A stretch of 64,000 nt of DNA, from positions 677 to 64,676 of the forward strand of contig CAIVRE010000009.1 of assembly GCA_903908245.1 (NCBI GenBank). The letters run 5' to 3'. Shown here in pieces: positions 11,701-19,214 of this stretch. Position numbers and translations under genes: made by a program. Positions within the stretch are counted from its first letter, which is position 1; each line of letters starts with the position of its first letter. The DNA comes from Candidatus Omnitrophota bacterium. Its GTDB lineage: Bacteria > Omnitrophota > Gorgyraeia > Zapsychrales > Fredricksoniimonadaceae. The notes beneath the pieces were generated by a model that saw only the letters and a program-made list of their open reading frames with translations, searched no databases and was not told the origin of the DNA.

Positions 11701-12449
11701 GTAGAGCACAATCCATTGATCTTTTCACGATCGCCGGCGGGTACCGCATTATCGGGGACGATCTTTTTCATGCTCAAATAGTCTTCATCGAGCAAAACTT
11801 TCAGACGGCTCCCGGAAATGAACGCAGCCCCATCTTTCTCATAAACAACAGCACTCTCGGGGATCACCCATACCTTGTTAACGGAATTCAGGGGGACATC
11901 AACATTGCCATATTGCTGCCTGATCTTTATGTAAACCTGTTCCCAGAATTTCTTTCCCAGTTCGTGCTCGGGATTGGTCATCGAAGCGGCGATCTGTTTC
12001 AGGAAGTAATCCTGTGTCAGCATGTCCTTCCCCGCCGTTGTCGCGCCAAAGACCGGATTGACGATACGGTCCGGCTCGGCCGGAGAAAGGTTGACCCAAA
12101 GGTCCTTTGCGGGAAATGTCAGGAACGTAAGAAAATATTTTATAAGCGACCTGGACTGTTCCTCATCCACTTGCGCATGACTCCCGGCATCAACGACAAA
12201 ATTGATCTTGAACGGGTCATTGGGATCAAGTGAGATGGCTTTGAGATTGGGGATAAAAGACGGGGGTGCTATGGATAATTCCACTCCTGGCGGAGGCGCC
12301 ATCACAATGCTTTGCGCGTGTGCCTCCCGAACACCCAGGATATCAAAAGAATAAACAAGCAATAACGCCCAGATCATACATTGGAACCATGGGCGCCCCC
12401 TTAAGGCAAGTGAAGGATTCAGTTTTCTCTCTCGGGTCAATTGACGCAT
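2781..12449 (-). CDS. Giant (3222 aa) multidomain exported/membrane protein, bracket-family paralog 1: conserved N-domain, 2x membrane-fusion (HlyD-like) domains, TolC-like domain, helical repeats, TM helices, nucleotidyltransferase-like region, conserved C-tail
   Basis: Uninterrupted 9.7-kb ORF with a signal peptide ending AHA. N-domain motifs DLWVNLSP, QDYFLKQ and RRYFSGG. Lipoyl-like halves such as APARGPVKFFVKEGDRVEAGQVVAEV. Outer-membrane-factor-like YLPTADLTG and FELPIFDSG. C-tail GGVDL...GFDIQIISLQP. Confidence 0.85.
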   Translation of the reverse strand: MRQLTRERKLNPSLALRGRPWFQCMIWALLLVYSFDILGVREAHAQSIVMAPPPGVELSIAPPSFIPNLKAISLDPNDPFKINFVVDAGSHAQVDEEQSRSLIKYFLTFLTFPAKDLWVNLSPAEPDRIVNPVFGATTAGKDMLTQDYFLKQIAASMTNPEHELGKKFWEQVYIKIRQQYGNVDVPLNSVNKVWVIPESAVVYEKDGAAFISGSRLKVLLDEDYLSMKKIVPDNAVPAGDREKINGLCSTITREIIIPEIEREVNDGPQFAQLRQMYHALILAIWFKRQLKSNIVNQIYAGRKKIAGIDTKDRGASQRIYEQYMLALKQGAYDMIREEYDPGQQEAVPRRYFSGGFSFEDAAQKIQFRPVSFFSGKTVLPVSNFFRLKFSLLPKGVSRKLLLVLAASAGLCTSSGCTITGNDPLPGPAHPAIVERVTPIVLEQPGQDAELHQGTKTRSVASGTLINRETGEETIVADLDIQGFIPLTKSTKLLVGYEGGKGIYTIFPAGTFVSYGLPGGNNVEKHDVHPRSDGTIVKKLFVPAAVPAPEASSKAVPIKYPPAVEVSPAIRVADQKYADAGVAKMVEAEMAFVKPYVISAKTPLVLDEAGLTAQVGGIVLGLDQSKGQYKQGDIIFSLIDPERVQQREGLARRLVIEEGTYRVLKGLQAQGGATVAELTPVEERINELRRQLAQADQKGSVEAVKAPCDLSIKEVLVANGMTVNKGVDIVSYYYGQRARLNIEIPVTQTYFGRIRNFRIDGQPVKNIVSVDWQLNPKKTGAIVSFLVTTSSMIPPNSTVQVEAEIFPPLKTQANFDAVRGQAQTLAMVRKLEERVMVAPARGPVKFFVKEGDRVEAGQVVAEVVEGSYFEEYRGAVKAFNSIQAQLAQAGPDGSGVRHTLRGQEAELEARRASLRAQILTLQGQISRLRVVATESGVVTGILSEHSSSFSKGDELLRVRTGRVTVGDINDMNTAILLPKDVKLGIGDPVLVQAPSGERLAGRVSAVNEAPVGREIDLGPVKAVAVIVDGDRNGVLWVNLPVQIIVPTEAESPVILAALGKSEQDRINTARQQDGVLAQMDPRLVFRSSEAGVKPLPVQMGEALLRLPVQPAANLNITEVVARVSGNNFLNGELTIDVLKSKASERLSGSSRLALQAGVFVNNNGKLAFSGGLNGVFDDVMAGVSTGNAIAAASPIVFSVAGEIMDVVSGKKLKEKALALKMTQIAQHHMEDAVAGQVNDATALFVEIGRAQQHIVQLQALVADLEEAQKGLKAREAGGFATTSDLNVLAQQTGEFRAQLLSWQNKKKQSTIELNQMLGRPAERLQEDISPKLLWDGEFLAIAADQQESLRHQLTGEGSPNYRLRGAQVARAAVEETIKLQGSEYLPTADLTGLFISGSQGQAVNPLYDLSPGSKMRTSSLTTGGNGALHFELPIFDSGRDARKEIVLLERAKVQLHLDTVKAELGEAFTKAVSEIRDLSRQIEQGEAEHKAALNAWQEKAGRPDLYRKDQLVDEHQRMAKAFERLIDLKAEYFKAEARLGRIQVMKQDQSLVRPSRTRAAAFAPQLVSAVAGGSVFAGDIGEGQLTLDLSGFGPGQQGLNSKRQDPGVLSAGAVIYPVPGVSDGKSGSNLWALMSNPEAGDPRQAQIDIAVGILTQDSNIRARAEAMKLLTEELSNDRRSLSGIEQAVLNSPYSEVVVNLLQFAVNRDGHDVRFLTQVIEKAIDQRKPGVAGVGFEMLSDILIQDPGAVGQLAGQGQSGAGRRALLAFLSWAPEDSVARSRLLQSDYWTSDQLAQTYNTLKGQAGSVPQGLAVLIYDEILRREALGNMEDVFYPGPFANLSSVVFDKDLRALVMLREWSSADRRFLMTSPRWREMKDFIAPALYERAKIAAGTLVSLNGRAATGLDPFLSGITAAGGQGTSSLAYFNGLNLEDQKRQIARTNNIPELARILRSQTSLRGMALDRLMTTALGRMMALQVYAGSNDKGLLDLVDSRHWVDILRADVQAVDNPASNDVYRHAMEKMADRVGEKGLLNVRLGTYTLPELHAASDPRGEAPRMQQIKVEATRLALDLIAERANHQMRWLSGQAAYTPREQALIRELKQRIGSANDPQEVNEYLDQLSARGDKTTNNMVRDIVGLRDKFSGVISGNDQGFPRLTVASQLVLALVGGLLFWVGAKKIRKDILRKMAKTGDMIRELRQEFAAESGNGNGKVNIQGLSSDVVIIPNRGLDEAVIKPLQSWRTLVSQWRHVQPGPQAVLSDLNAILNSAFDILRKTPYTPELMLRQGSDPILNERYQVVLSHFNLLAIDTINAMNDLLQRDDASLDDYQKQKLLGDAETLARMMEYVTTYLRILEYRGIIDKVMNYKFADDHWAERFKIYPFMRWALLYSYQLTRSERQIKKEVPDLLRQGNTLMPSFYGDPGDIEQQSKSVLSAVIKNASNLTSLGSLTARNNHKMRSFISRLRLFSVPFGFTIFGVMVLFGVTGTMGLSLAGIAAVAISMGIFWVPHANIMQMSWSKTMKSVTDKLVSDLRGRLGASVAAGVLNSSDENSVQLAVKDGMKKLRWEIAPENERSIDMLVILPENPDADDVDSLKQYVDSRRGSIFREDVPVEVLPAQLKGSGNAYLEAVQFVQSRLQDSDFTDRYPYLKGIPWSDLKVMFVFAGSRELRSDSVLDWSVINGYRTSACMNGPCSESSSQPVRPGHGAERGGHILIYSRDAYFGPMQGFEGTDIGLLGNWVDGQALKGLGLLNIDVTRTRPPVREILEKLDIGRLQENQEKSVHPSKILQYLREKYDLKNNTLKQFPALTGVMILGPRVVATVTDLLDQLGKKTGLAGQLKYLNFTNDILNVFVKPESEISKDYPEIRTEWADIQNNYEEGERADAFDLFRSFYLMLSQAKRRNVPDSLTVNAALPYPGDALLIHINGTQDVEAVNRLLGLGAGGSPTSLPWLSGVPLPEKRPILEVVGPNAEPIVVAESVPQGGEVKVSEQEEELPAGQGSKDDPVVSGLTQEYSEYATEIGVLTKMAEGLRGEKGASIPEMHRKQIRKVNSQVFVRTEEFAKKVSGRASESDPVLAGLAQQYLQYATEVEAIQKKIEVLRAAKEFIDPAVYMKQLRSLYGQISARKNFRMTPLRKQILSRLAMINNPSQDNAAQNENGGVDLSDTARKIRFEPDHGVSGDLDHLSPMRASQALQLFRGFDIQIISLQPFMDPVEFSAFFVTP

Positions 12450-12501
12450 ACTTTTCTCAATAAAAAGCCGGACAAAACTTCAGAGGACTATTCTGTGAGA
12501 A

Positions 12502-12534
12502 AGTATATCCATCGAATATTAAGGGTAGGTTAAG
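12502..12534 (-). promoter_or_regulatory. Pho-box-like promoter of the giant gene
   Basis: ATTAAG (12518) and GTTAAG (12529) 11 bp apart, with -10 TATACT at 12502-12507 at the same spacing as the porin promoter. Confidence 0.55.
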
Positions 12535-12586
12535 AAAATATGATGCTTTTATAATTTAATAAGCAGTTCTGGAGATAAGAAAAGAT

Positions 12587-13873
12587 TTACGCGCGGGAAT
12601 GGCGGGAACGCGGGCGAAAAATAAGCCGTAAACCACTGTCGTAGCGAAGATAACTCCAGGTCCAGTTGATCATAGCCACCAGCTTATTACGAAAACCGAC
12701 CAGAGTCATTAAATGGAGCGCGGCCCACATGATCCAGGCAAGAAACCCCCGAAATTTTCCAAAAAACAGCTCGGCCACCGCGTGATGCCGGCCGACAGTC
12801 GCCAAAACACCGAGATCGTTATAAGAGAAAGCTTTCAGTTCTTCAGATTTCCGAAGTATGGACCGAAGATTTCGAGCAAGAAGCCTGGCCTGTTGAATAG
12901 CGACCGGAGCAAGCATCGGATGCCCCTTAGGTGTCTTTTCAGAAACCATGCATGCGACATCCCCCAAAGCAAAGATATCGTTAAAACCAGGCACCCTGTT
13001 ATAAGCGTCAACCCTTACCCGTCCACCGATGACACACTCCTTATTCAACCCGGGAATGATCACCCCCGTAACACCCGCCGCCCAAATAACATTTCTTGTC
13101 GGAATGACCTTGCCGTTTGAAAGTTCAACTTTCATTCCGTCAAAGGAAATGACCCTGGCATTAAGCCATACATTAACCCCATGCTCCGAAAGAAAAGCCT
13201 GCGCGCTGTGCGACGATCCCGGCGACATTCCTTTAAGCAAACGATCTTCCATATCAACCAGATGGACCTGCATCTTCTTAAGGTCAAGCTCCGGATGATC
13301 ATGCGGGAGCACGACCTGTTTGAGTTCACACAAAGCGCCGGACAGCTCCACACCGGTCGGGCCTCCTCCGATGATAACAAAGGTCATCAACCGGTCACGC
13401 TCTTCCAGCGAGGTCGTAAGGACCGCCCGCTCAAAATCTTCAAGGATCGAATTCTTCAGTTCCATTGCATCTGCGAGTGTCTTCATCGGAAGCGCGAACT
13501 GCTCAACATCCTTCATCCCGAAGAAATTCGTACCAGCCCCTGTTGCCAGGACAAGCTGATCATACGCAATATCACCGATAGATGTCGCGACACAATGCAA
13601 TTCCGGCTTAAGCTCCAGCACCTCAGCCATCCGAAAAATAAAATTTTCCTGCCCCCGGAATATCTCCCGTACAGGATAAGCGATCGAATCCGGCTCAAGC
13701 CCCGCCGTTGCCACCTGGTATAACAACGGCTGGAACGTATGATGATTGTTCTTGTCGATCAGGACCACCTGAACATCCGCACTCGCCAAAGCCTTGGCCA
13801 ATTCAATGCCGGCAAAGCCAGCGCCTATGATCACGATCCGGGGTTTTGAGGTAACAGGGATATTAACAGCCAT
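12587..13873 (-). CDS. ndh: Type II NADH:quinone oxidoreductase
   Basis: GAGFAG FAD motif, FQPLLYQVAT, GGGPTGVE, WAAGV, AQ/AP-VAIQQ and C-terminal membrane-anchoring helices. Confidence 0.92.
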   Translation of the reverse strand: MAVNIPVTSKPRIVIIGAGFAGIELAKALASADVQVVLIDKNNHHTFQPLLYQVATAGLEPDSIAYPVREIFRGQENFIFRMAEVLELKPELHCVATSIGDIAYDQLVLATGAGTNFFGMKDVEQFALPMKTLADAMELKNSILEDFERAVLTTSLEERDRLMTFVIIGGGPTGVELSGALCELKQVVLPHDHPELDLKKMQVHLVDMEDRLLKGMSPGSSHSAQAFLSEHGVNVWLNARVISFDGMKVELSNGKVIPTRNVIWAAGVTGVIIPGLNKECVIGGRVRVDAYNRVPGFNDIFALGDVACMVSEKTPKGHPMLAPVAIQQARLLARNLRSILRKSEELKAFSYNDLGVLATVGRHHAVAELFFGKFRGFLAWIMWAALHLMTLVGFRNKLVAMINWTWSYLRYDSGLRLIFRPRSRHSRA

Positions 13874-13912
13874 ATGTAATCTTTATCATATCATTAACTC
13901 GTGTATAATAAA

Positions 13913-13938
13913 AGGAAGGGTATCGTGCCCTCCCCTAC
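13913..13938. repeat. Degenerate REP-like palindrome (GTAGGGG...CCCCTAC type)
   Basis: AGGAAGGG-TATCGTG-CCCTCCCCTAC shares CCCTCCCCTACA with the palindrome at 58499-58526. Confidence 0.35.
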
Positions 13939-13977
13939 AGTTATGAACAGTATATGCACGAGAATGGAAAATTTACC

Positions 13978-15117
13978 ATGAGCGATACAAGACAGAAAAT
14001 CCTCATCGTCGCGGGCGAAGAGTCCGGCGACATGCGCGCGGCGCCGTTAGTTCGCGCCATTAAGCATTATGCCCCCGGCACACAATTCATCGGCATTGCG
14101 GGAGACCGCTGCCGCCAGGAAGGTGTTGACACCTTTACCGACATCCGCGACCTGGCTGTGATCGGTTTCGTCGAAGTCATCAAGAATTTCTCAAGACTGA
14201 AGAAAGTCTTTGACCTCACTGTTCAAAAAGCCCGGGAAGAAAAACCCGACCTCGCTATCCTGGTGGACTACCCCGGCTTCAACCTCCGCCTGGCCGCTGA
14301 ACTCAAGAAACTCAATATCAAGGTCGTTTATTATGTAAGCCCCCAGGTCTGGGCGTGGAAAGCGTCGCGCGTCAAGATCATCAAGAAAGTCGTAGACCGG
14401 ATGATGGTGCTTTTTCCTTTTGAAAAAGACTTTTACGCCAAACATCAATATACTGCCGACTTCGTTGGGCATCCTCTGCTCGACGAAGTTCACGCCAGCA
14501 AGGATGCCGCCTCGTTCAAGGCATCCCTTGGACTGGACCCGAAATATACCGTCATCGGACTATTGCCCGGTTCAAGAAAAAATGAGATCGCTCATCTTCT
14601 GCCCATCATGTACGCAGCGGCCAATATCCTCAAAAAAGAAAACCCCCGCTTGCAGTTTGTCCTTTTACAAGCCAAAACGATCAGTGACGAACTGCTGGCT
14701 AAATACGCCCAAAAGGCCCCCGTTAGCCTCAAGATCACCAAAGAATATTATAACGGGCTAAATATTACCGACTTTTGTATCGTAGCCTCCGGAACAGCCA
14801 CGCTTGAAACCGGCATCATGGGCAAACCCATGGCCGTTGTTTACAAAACGGCATGGCTCACCTCTGTGATCGTACGGATCGTGATCCGGATCAAGGATGT
14901 ATCGCTGGTCAATATTGTGGCGGGAAAAAAGATCGTGGAGGAGTTGATCCAGGAGAACGCGACGCCGGCCAGGATCGTTAAAGCCATGCGCGGCCTCATC
15001 AATGACCAGGCTAAAACTCAAACCATGCGCAAAGAACTCTCCGCATTAAGGGCGAAACTGGGGAATCCCGGCGCAAGCCAGCGCGCGGCGAAAGTCGTGG
15101 TGGAAGAGCTGTCTTGA
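13978..15117 (+). CDS. lpxB: Lipid-A-disaccharide synthase
   Basis: IVAGEESGD, VDYPGFN, YVSPQVWAW, LFPFE, FVGHPL, LLPGSR and SGTATLE motifs. Alternative start at 13954. Confidence 0.96.
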   Translation: MSDTRQKILIVAGEESGDMRAAPLVRAIKHYAPGTQFIGIAGDRCRQEGVDTFTDIRDLAVIGFVEVIKNFSRLKKVFDLTVQKAREEKPDLAILVDYPGFNLRLAAELKKLNIKVVYYVSPQVWAWKASRVKIIKKVVDRMMVLFPFEKDFYAKHQYTADFVGHPLLDEVHASKDAASFKASLGLDPKYTVIGLLPGSRKNEIAHLLPIMYAAANILKKENPRLQFVLLQAKTISDELLAKYAQKAPVSLKITKEYYNGLNITDFCIVASGTATLETGIMGKPMAVVYKTAWLTSVIVRIVIRIKDVSLVNIVAGKKIVEELIQENATPARIVKAMRGLINDQAKTQTMRKELSALRAKLGNPGASQRAAKVVVEELS

Positions 15118-15126
15118 TACGGGGAT

Positions 15127-17514
15127 TTACTTCTGCTCGTTCAACCCTAAAAACAACCTCAGATCACTCATCGGCTCAATATTGATGATAACCGGCGAAA
15201 AACCCAGAGTGTCCTGAAGTTCCTGTAACTTCACCTGATCAATATTGAACTGCAGCCCATCACCCGAACCTCGTGTTTCCACGCTCAAACGTTCCGCCGT
15301 CAGGTCAATACCACCTTTGGTGGCGTCCACCTTCCCCTCAGGAACCTTGGGGATCGAAGACTTCTCCAGATACGCGTTCAACGTATTGATCAACCGTTTT
15401 GTCAACGGAGCCAGGGCTGCAGGGCGAACTCCCTCTCTCACAGGCAAAAGCAACTGCCGTCCAACCTTAAAAAAATACTCTTCTATTACTGTCAGGTCTT
15501 CCGATCGGATATATCGCTCAACATCCTGAAGTATCTTTATTCCTTTACCGTCCTTAAAATACGGATGTTCCAACAAGGCATCAAAAAAACAGAAATCATC
15601 TTCGGAAATTGCCCCTTCAGGCAAATCCCTCGCGCCATACTGGGCCAAAAGGATGGCTAAAAACAAAAGCTCATGCCTGGCTGAATCCGGCTCCCCGTTG
15701 ACCGATAAACGCTTGTTGCCAATATCGACCATAATGACTTCCTCTGAAGGCCCCCTGACAATGAAATTCCGGCCATGCATATCCTTCGGCAGGATCCCAT
15801 GCAGGGCTGCTGCAATGGTCAGCAAGGTGCTCGTAACCTTCTTCTTAAGGGTAATGGTCAATTTCTTTTCCTGGGCATATTCTTCGATCGTTCGCCCTTC
15901 GATAAACTCTTCCACATAAACAACCCTGCCGCCTTCAGAAACAAATAACCCGCCCCATTGCGGAACGCCCCGGCCGTTCAATTGCCTCAAATTATTCGTT
16001 TCATGAGACCCTATGTCCTTTTGATTTTTCGCCCTTTTAACGGCCAGAAGAATATAAAAAGACCCGCCTTCTTTTAACGTGAATTGCATTTTGTAAACAT
16101 ATTTAAAAGCCCCTTCACCTGCGAATGAGACCGACACTTTTTCATCCAGATCATCCAGGTGTAAATTCGGGTGCTTGCTGATATTCTTTAGAAATTGCAA
16201 TAAAAGGCTCGGCTTCACCTTCTCGAACATTTCCATGGAAACGCTCAGCATATCGCCATAGATCTCTGTCCTCTTTTGATCTGTCTCCGCTATCAGAGGC
16301 CTCTGCACATCAACCCGAAAATGCGGTGCCTCTGCCCCTGGGTTGACAAGATCGTTTGTCGCCTCTGCCCGGTCAAAGCGTGACTGAACGACAGATAACG
16401 CACCCCGTGAATTCCTGTCATCGATCATGCTGCCGTCCGCAATAACTGTCATTGACAGATCGGTAAGCTGGGAATAATTCACCCCTCCCGAGAAATACTT
16501 CCGCGGGATAAGCTCACCGGAGACCGTATCTTGCTCCTCCTTGATAAGATCATAGGCGCCCTTCTTGAACGCCTCGACATACTGCGCCCAGATCTTCTCC
16601 GACTCCAAAGGATCATTAATATTGACACCCTCGACCTTGTTACGGTCAACATACACCAGGGACAAGACGCTCTGTTTGATCTTTTTCTTGAACCATGCCG
16701 CCAGGATCAACGACTGATAAACCTGACGTAACTTGGCAAAATTCTTCCCCTCATTGACCTCTTTCTCAAGCTCAGGGAGAACGATCGCACGGATCACATT
16801 CTTGGCCAGTTCCTGGGATTCCTTAACGGCTCCGGAAGCTTCACTACCTGCCCCAGTTGTGACCGAATTATTCAAGGCCACATAATCGCTTTCAAGCATG
16901 ACCTTGAGGCGGCTCTCAACCACATACGCCGTCCCGGCCTTGGCATTCTCATAGACCACGGCCTTCCCGGGAATAATCCAGACCTTATTAAACGTATCCA
17001 CCGGGATATCGGTGGTGCCATATTTCTCCTGCGCCTTTTTGTAAACCGCGGCCCAAAACTTTTTGCCTGTTTCGCCCTCGGGATAAATGACGGACGCTGT
17101 GATCTGTTTGAGAAGATAGTCCTGCGCCAAAAGATCCCGGCCCATTTCTGTCCGGCCGAACGCATCCGGCACAATACGGTCTTTTTCATAAGGGCTAAGA
17201 TTCACCCAAAGATCTTTCTCGGGAATAGTCAAAGACGCCATGAAATACCGGATCAGCCGCGCAGACTCCTCTTTGAGCTGATCGGACGAGTCCGGGAAGT
17301 TCCCTTTATCGAGAATAAAATCAAACCGTAATGGATCGGCAGGATAAACCTTGATGCCTTTGAATACCGGCGGCGCAAAAGGCGCGCTTAAAGACACCAT
17401 GGAACCAGGTGCAGGAAGAACAACGCTCTGGGCGTAAGAGGCAGGCACACTCGCGGCCACGAAGGCTATCAGCGTAAACGCTAAAATGAGTCTTTTTAAA
17501 AACCCCTTTATCAT
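15127..17514 (-). CDS. Bracket-family paralog 2 (795 aa): signal peptide, conserved N-domain, protein-kinase-like cargo, conserved C-tail
   Basis: DLWVNLSPYEKDRI, QDYLLKQ and PRKYFSGG. Kinase motifs GEGAFKYV, LAVK, EEFIEG, KDMHGRN and VDIG. Tail KGGIDL...GFSPVIINIEP..L..FLG. Confidence 0.85.
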   Translation of the reverse strand: MIKGFLKRLILAFTLIAFVAASVPASYAQSVVLPAPGSMVSLSAPFAPPVFKGIKVYPADPLRFDFILDKGNFPDSSDQLKEESARLIRYFMASLTIPEKDLWVNLSPYEKDRIVPDAFGRTEMGRDLLAQDYLLKQITASVIYPEGETGKKFWAAVYKKAQEKYGTTDIPVDTFNKVWIIPGKAVVYENAKAGTAYVVESRLKVMLESDYVALNNSVTTGAGSEASGAVKESQELAKNVIRAIVLPELEKEVNEGKNFAKLRQVYQSLILAAWFKKKIKQSVLSLVYVDRNKVEGVNINDPLESEKIWAQYVEAFKKGAYDLIKEEQDTVSGELIPRKYFSGGVNYSQLTDLSMTVIADGSMIDDRNSRGALSVVQSRFDRAEATNDLVNPGAEAPHFRVDVQRPLIAETDQKRTEIYGDMLSVSMEMFEKVKPSLLLQFLKNISKHPNLHLDDLDEKVSVSFAGEGAFKYVYKMQFTLKEGGSFYILLAVKRAKNQKDIGSHETNNLRQLNGRGVPQWGGLFVSEGGRVVYVEEFIEGRTIEEYAQEKKLTITLKKKVTSTLLTIAAALHGILPKDMHGRNFIVRGPSEEVIMVDIGNKRLSVNGEPDSARHELLFLAILLAQYGARDLPEGAISEDDFCFFDALLEHPYFKDGKGIKILQDVERYIRSEDLTVIEEYFFKVGRQLLLPVREGVRPAALAPLTKRLINTLNAYLEKSSIPKVPEGKVDATKGGIDLTAERLSVETRGSGDGLQFNIDQVKLQELQDTLGFSPVIINIEPMSDLRLFLGLNEQK

Positions 17515-17600
17515 TCCTTGCCCCTTTGTTCACGGCCACCAAGTCGTCAGAGCAAGTATAATATATAAATATTTGATATTAGGATGGTTAGCGGTGCAGC

Positions 17601-17618
17601 CGAGAAAACGCTTTCTCG
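17601..17618. promoter_or_regulatory. Palindromic operator-like site upstream of paralog 2
   Basis: CGAGAAA-ACGC-TTTCTCG. The core GAAAACGCTTTCTC matches 22545-22558 at 13 of 14 positions. Confidence 0.4.
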
Positions 17619-17636
17619 AATTTCTATAAGTCTTTA

Positions 17637-19064
17637 TTAATGCAGGTCTTTATTAATTATTTTTAAATTAAATAAATCGGTGTTCTTCGTCTCTTTGGAA
17701 TATAAAAGGGCAATAAAGGTCAATACCGCAAGCACCGAGAGATAAAGCCCGACAGAACCAACCCCATGATTCCTGGCAAGCCAGACAGCGGCGAAAGGAG
17801 TCAAAGCAGCCCCAAGAATAGACGAAACATTATAAGAAATGCCGGAACCGGTGTAGCGCACATTGGTCGGGAACAGCTCTGGAAGAATAGCCGACATGGG
17901 GCCGAAACTCAGGCCCATCAATGCCATACCAATACATAAAAACAACAGCATGAGCCCCATGTTCGCCCCCTCTCCCGTTCCCATGACCGCGGGAGAAAGA
18001 AAAGAATTGAATGAAAGCCCGAACACAATAATGGCAAAGGTCACCACCAAAAGGACACTGCGGCGGCCGAACCTGTCTGCCAGCCAACCGGCGATCGGGA
18101 TCATCCCTGCAAAAAAGAGAACGGAAAGAAGCTGCAACACCAGGAAACTCCGGTAGCCGATCCCCAGGAAACCTAATTCTGTTTTACCAATAGCGTAAGA
18201 GAGTATCCAGGTAGTCATCAAATAAAAAACCCCATATGTGGCCAGCATAATAAAGGTGCCAAGAACGAGTTCCTTGAAATGGTTCCGGAACACAACAGAC
18301 AAGGGGTTCTTGAGTTTCTCCCCTCGCGCCATGGCCCGGGCAAAGACCGGTGTCTCTTCAAGCTTGAACCGCACGTACAGCCCGATCGCCACCATAAAAA
18401 ATGATGCCAGAAACGGGATCCGCCATCCCCAGACGAGAAAATCACTCTGCATCTGCGCCTGGGCAGAATTGTAATTGAAGAAAATAGTTAGCAACAAAAA
18501 CGATCCGTTGGCGAGGATAAACCCGAACGGCGCGCCCAACTGCGGCCACATTGCAGCCCAGGCCCTTTTCCCGTCTTTGGCGGTCTCTGTGGCCAAAAGG
18601 GCCGCCCCCGACCATTCACCACCGAGACCAAGCCCCTGACAAAAACGCAAGATCGTGAGCAAAACAGGAGCCAGTAACCCGATCTGGAAAGCCGTCGGCA
18701 AAAGGCCGATCAGGAAGGTCGCAATGCCCATGGTGAACAACGACCCTACAAGAGTTGCCTTGCGCCCTATCCGGTCCCCGAAATGCCCGAAGAGAATGGA
18801 ACCGACCGGACGCGCCACAAAGGCAACGCCGAAAGTGGCCATGGATGCCAAAAGAGCCGCGCCTGGGTCACTCTTGGAAAAGAAAAGAATAGGAAAGACC
18901 GAAACAGCGGCCGTGGCATAGATGTAGAAATCATAGAACTCGATAGTCGTGCCGACCATGCTGGCAATAATGATGCGTTTGTGCGGTACTCCTACCCCGC
19001 TATCAGATACATCGACCACCGAAATATTATATGACAAAAACTCCTCCTGAAAGATCTTCTTCAA
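17637..19064 (-). CDS. MFS transporter, metabolite:H+ symporter (MHS; ShiA/YhjE-like)
   Basis: GTTIEFYDF, FGHFGDRIGRK, QGLGLGGEW, WGWRIPF, ETPVF and ELFPTNVRYTG motifs, about 12 TM helices. Confidence 0.9.
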   Translation of the reverse strand: MKKIFQEEFLSYNISVVDVSDSGVGVPHKRIIIASMVGTTIEFYDFYIYATAAVSVFPILFFSKSDPGAALLASMATFGVAFVARPVGSILFGHFGDRIGRKATLVGSLFTMGIATFLIGLLPTAFQIGLLAPVLLTILRFCQGLGLGGEWSGAALLATETAKDGKRAWAAMWPQLGAPFGFILANGSFLLLTIFFNYNSAQAQMQSDFLVWGWRIPFLASFFMVAIGLYVRFKLEETPVFARAMARGEKLKNPLSVVFRNHFKELVLGTFIMLATYGVFYLMTTWILSYAIGKTELGFLGIGYRSFLVLQLLSVLFFAGMIPIAGWLADRFGRRSVLLVVTFAIIVFGLSFNSFLSPAVMGTGEGANMGLMLLFLCIGMALMGLSFGPMSAILPELFPTNVRYTGSGISYNVSSILGAALTPFAAVWLARNHGVGSVGLYLSVLAVLTFIALLYSKETKNTDLFNLKIINKDLH

Positions 19065-19214
19065 AATGCATCAGGTTATATTATTTTTTGCTAATTTCGA
19101 AAGATCCGGGAGCAAGCCGCAATAATTCCTTACTCTTCCGTGCGTATGAAAACGCAAAAACGATCTTATCTGAGGGAATATTATACGCTTTTTGAGGAAA
19201 TATAGAAGGGCCCT

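Noticed and set aside
11559-12233. Plus-strand ORFs opposite the conserved N-domains (also 16531-16731, 21348-21758, 54386-54568) that resemble each other
   Set aside because: Their similarity simply mirrors the conserved minus-strand domain. They are not independent genes or immunity proteins.
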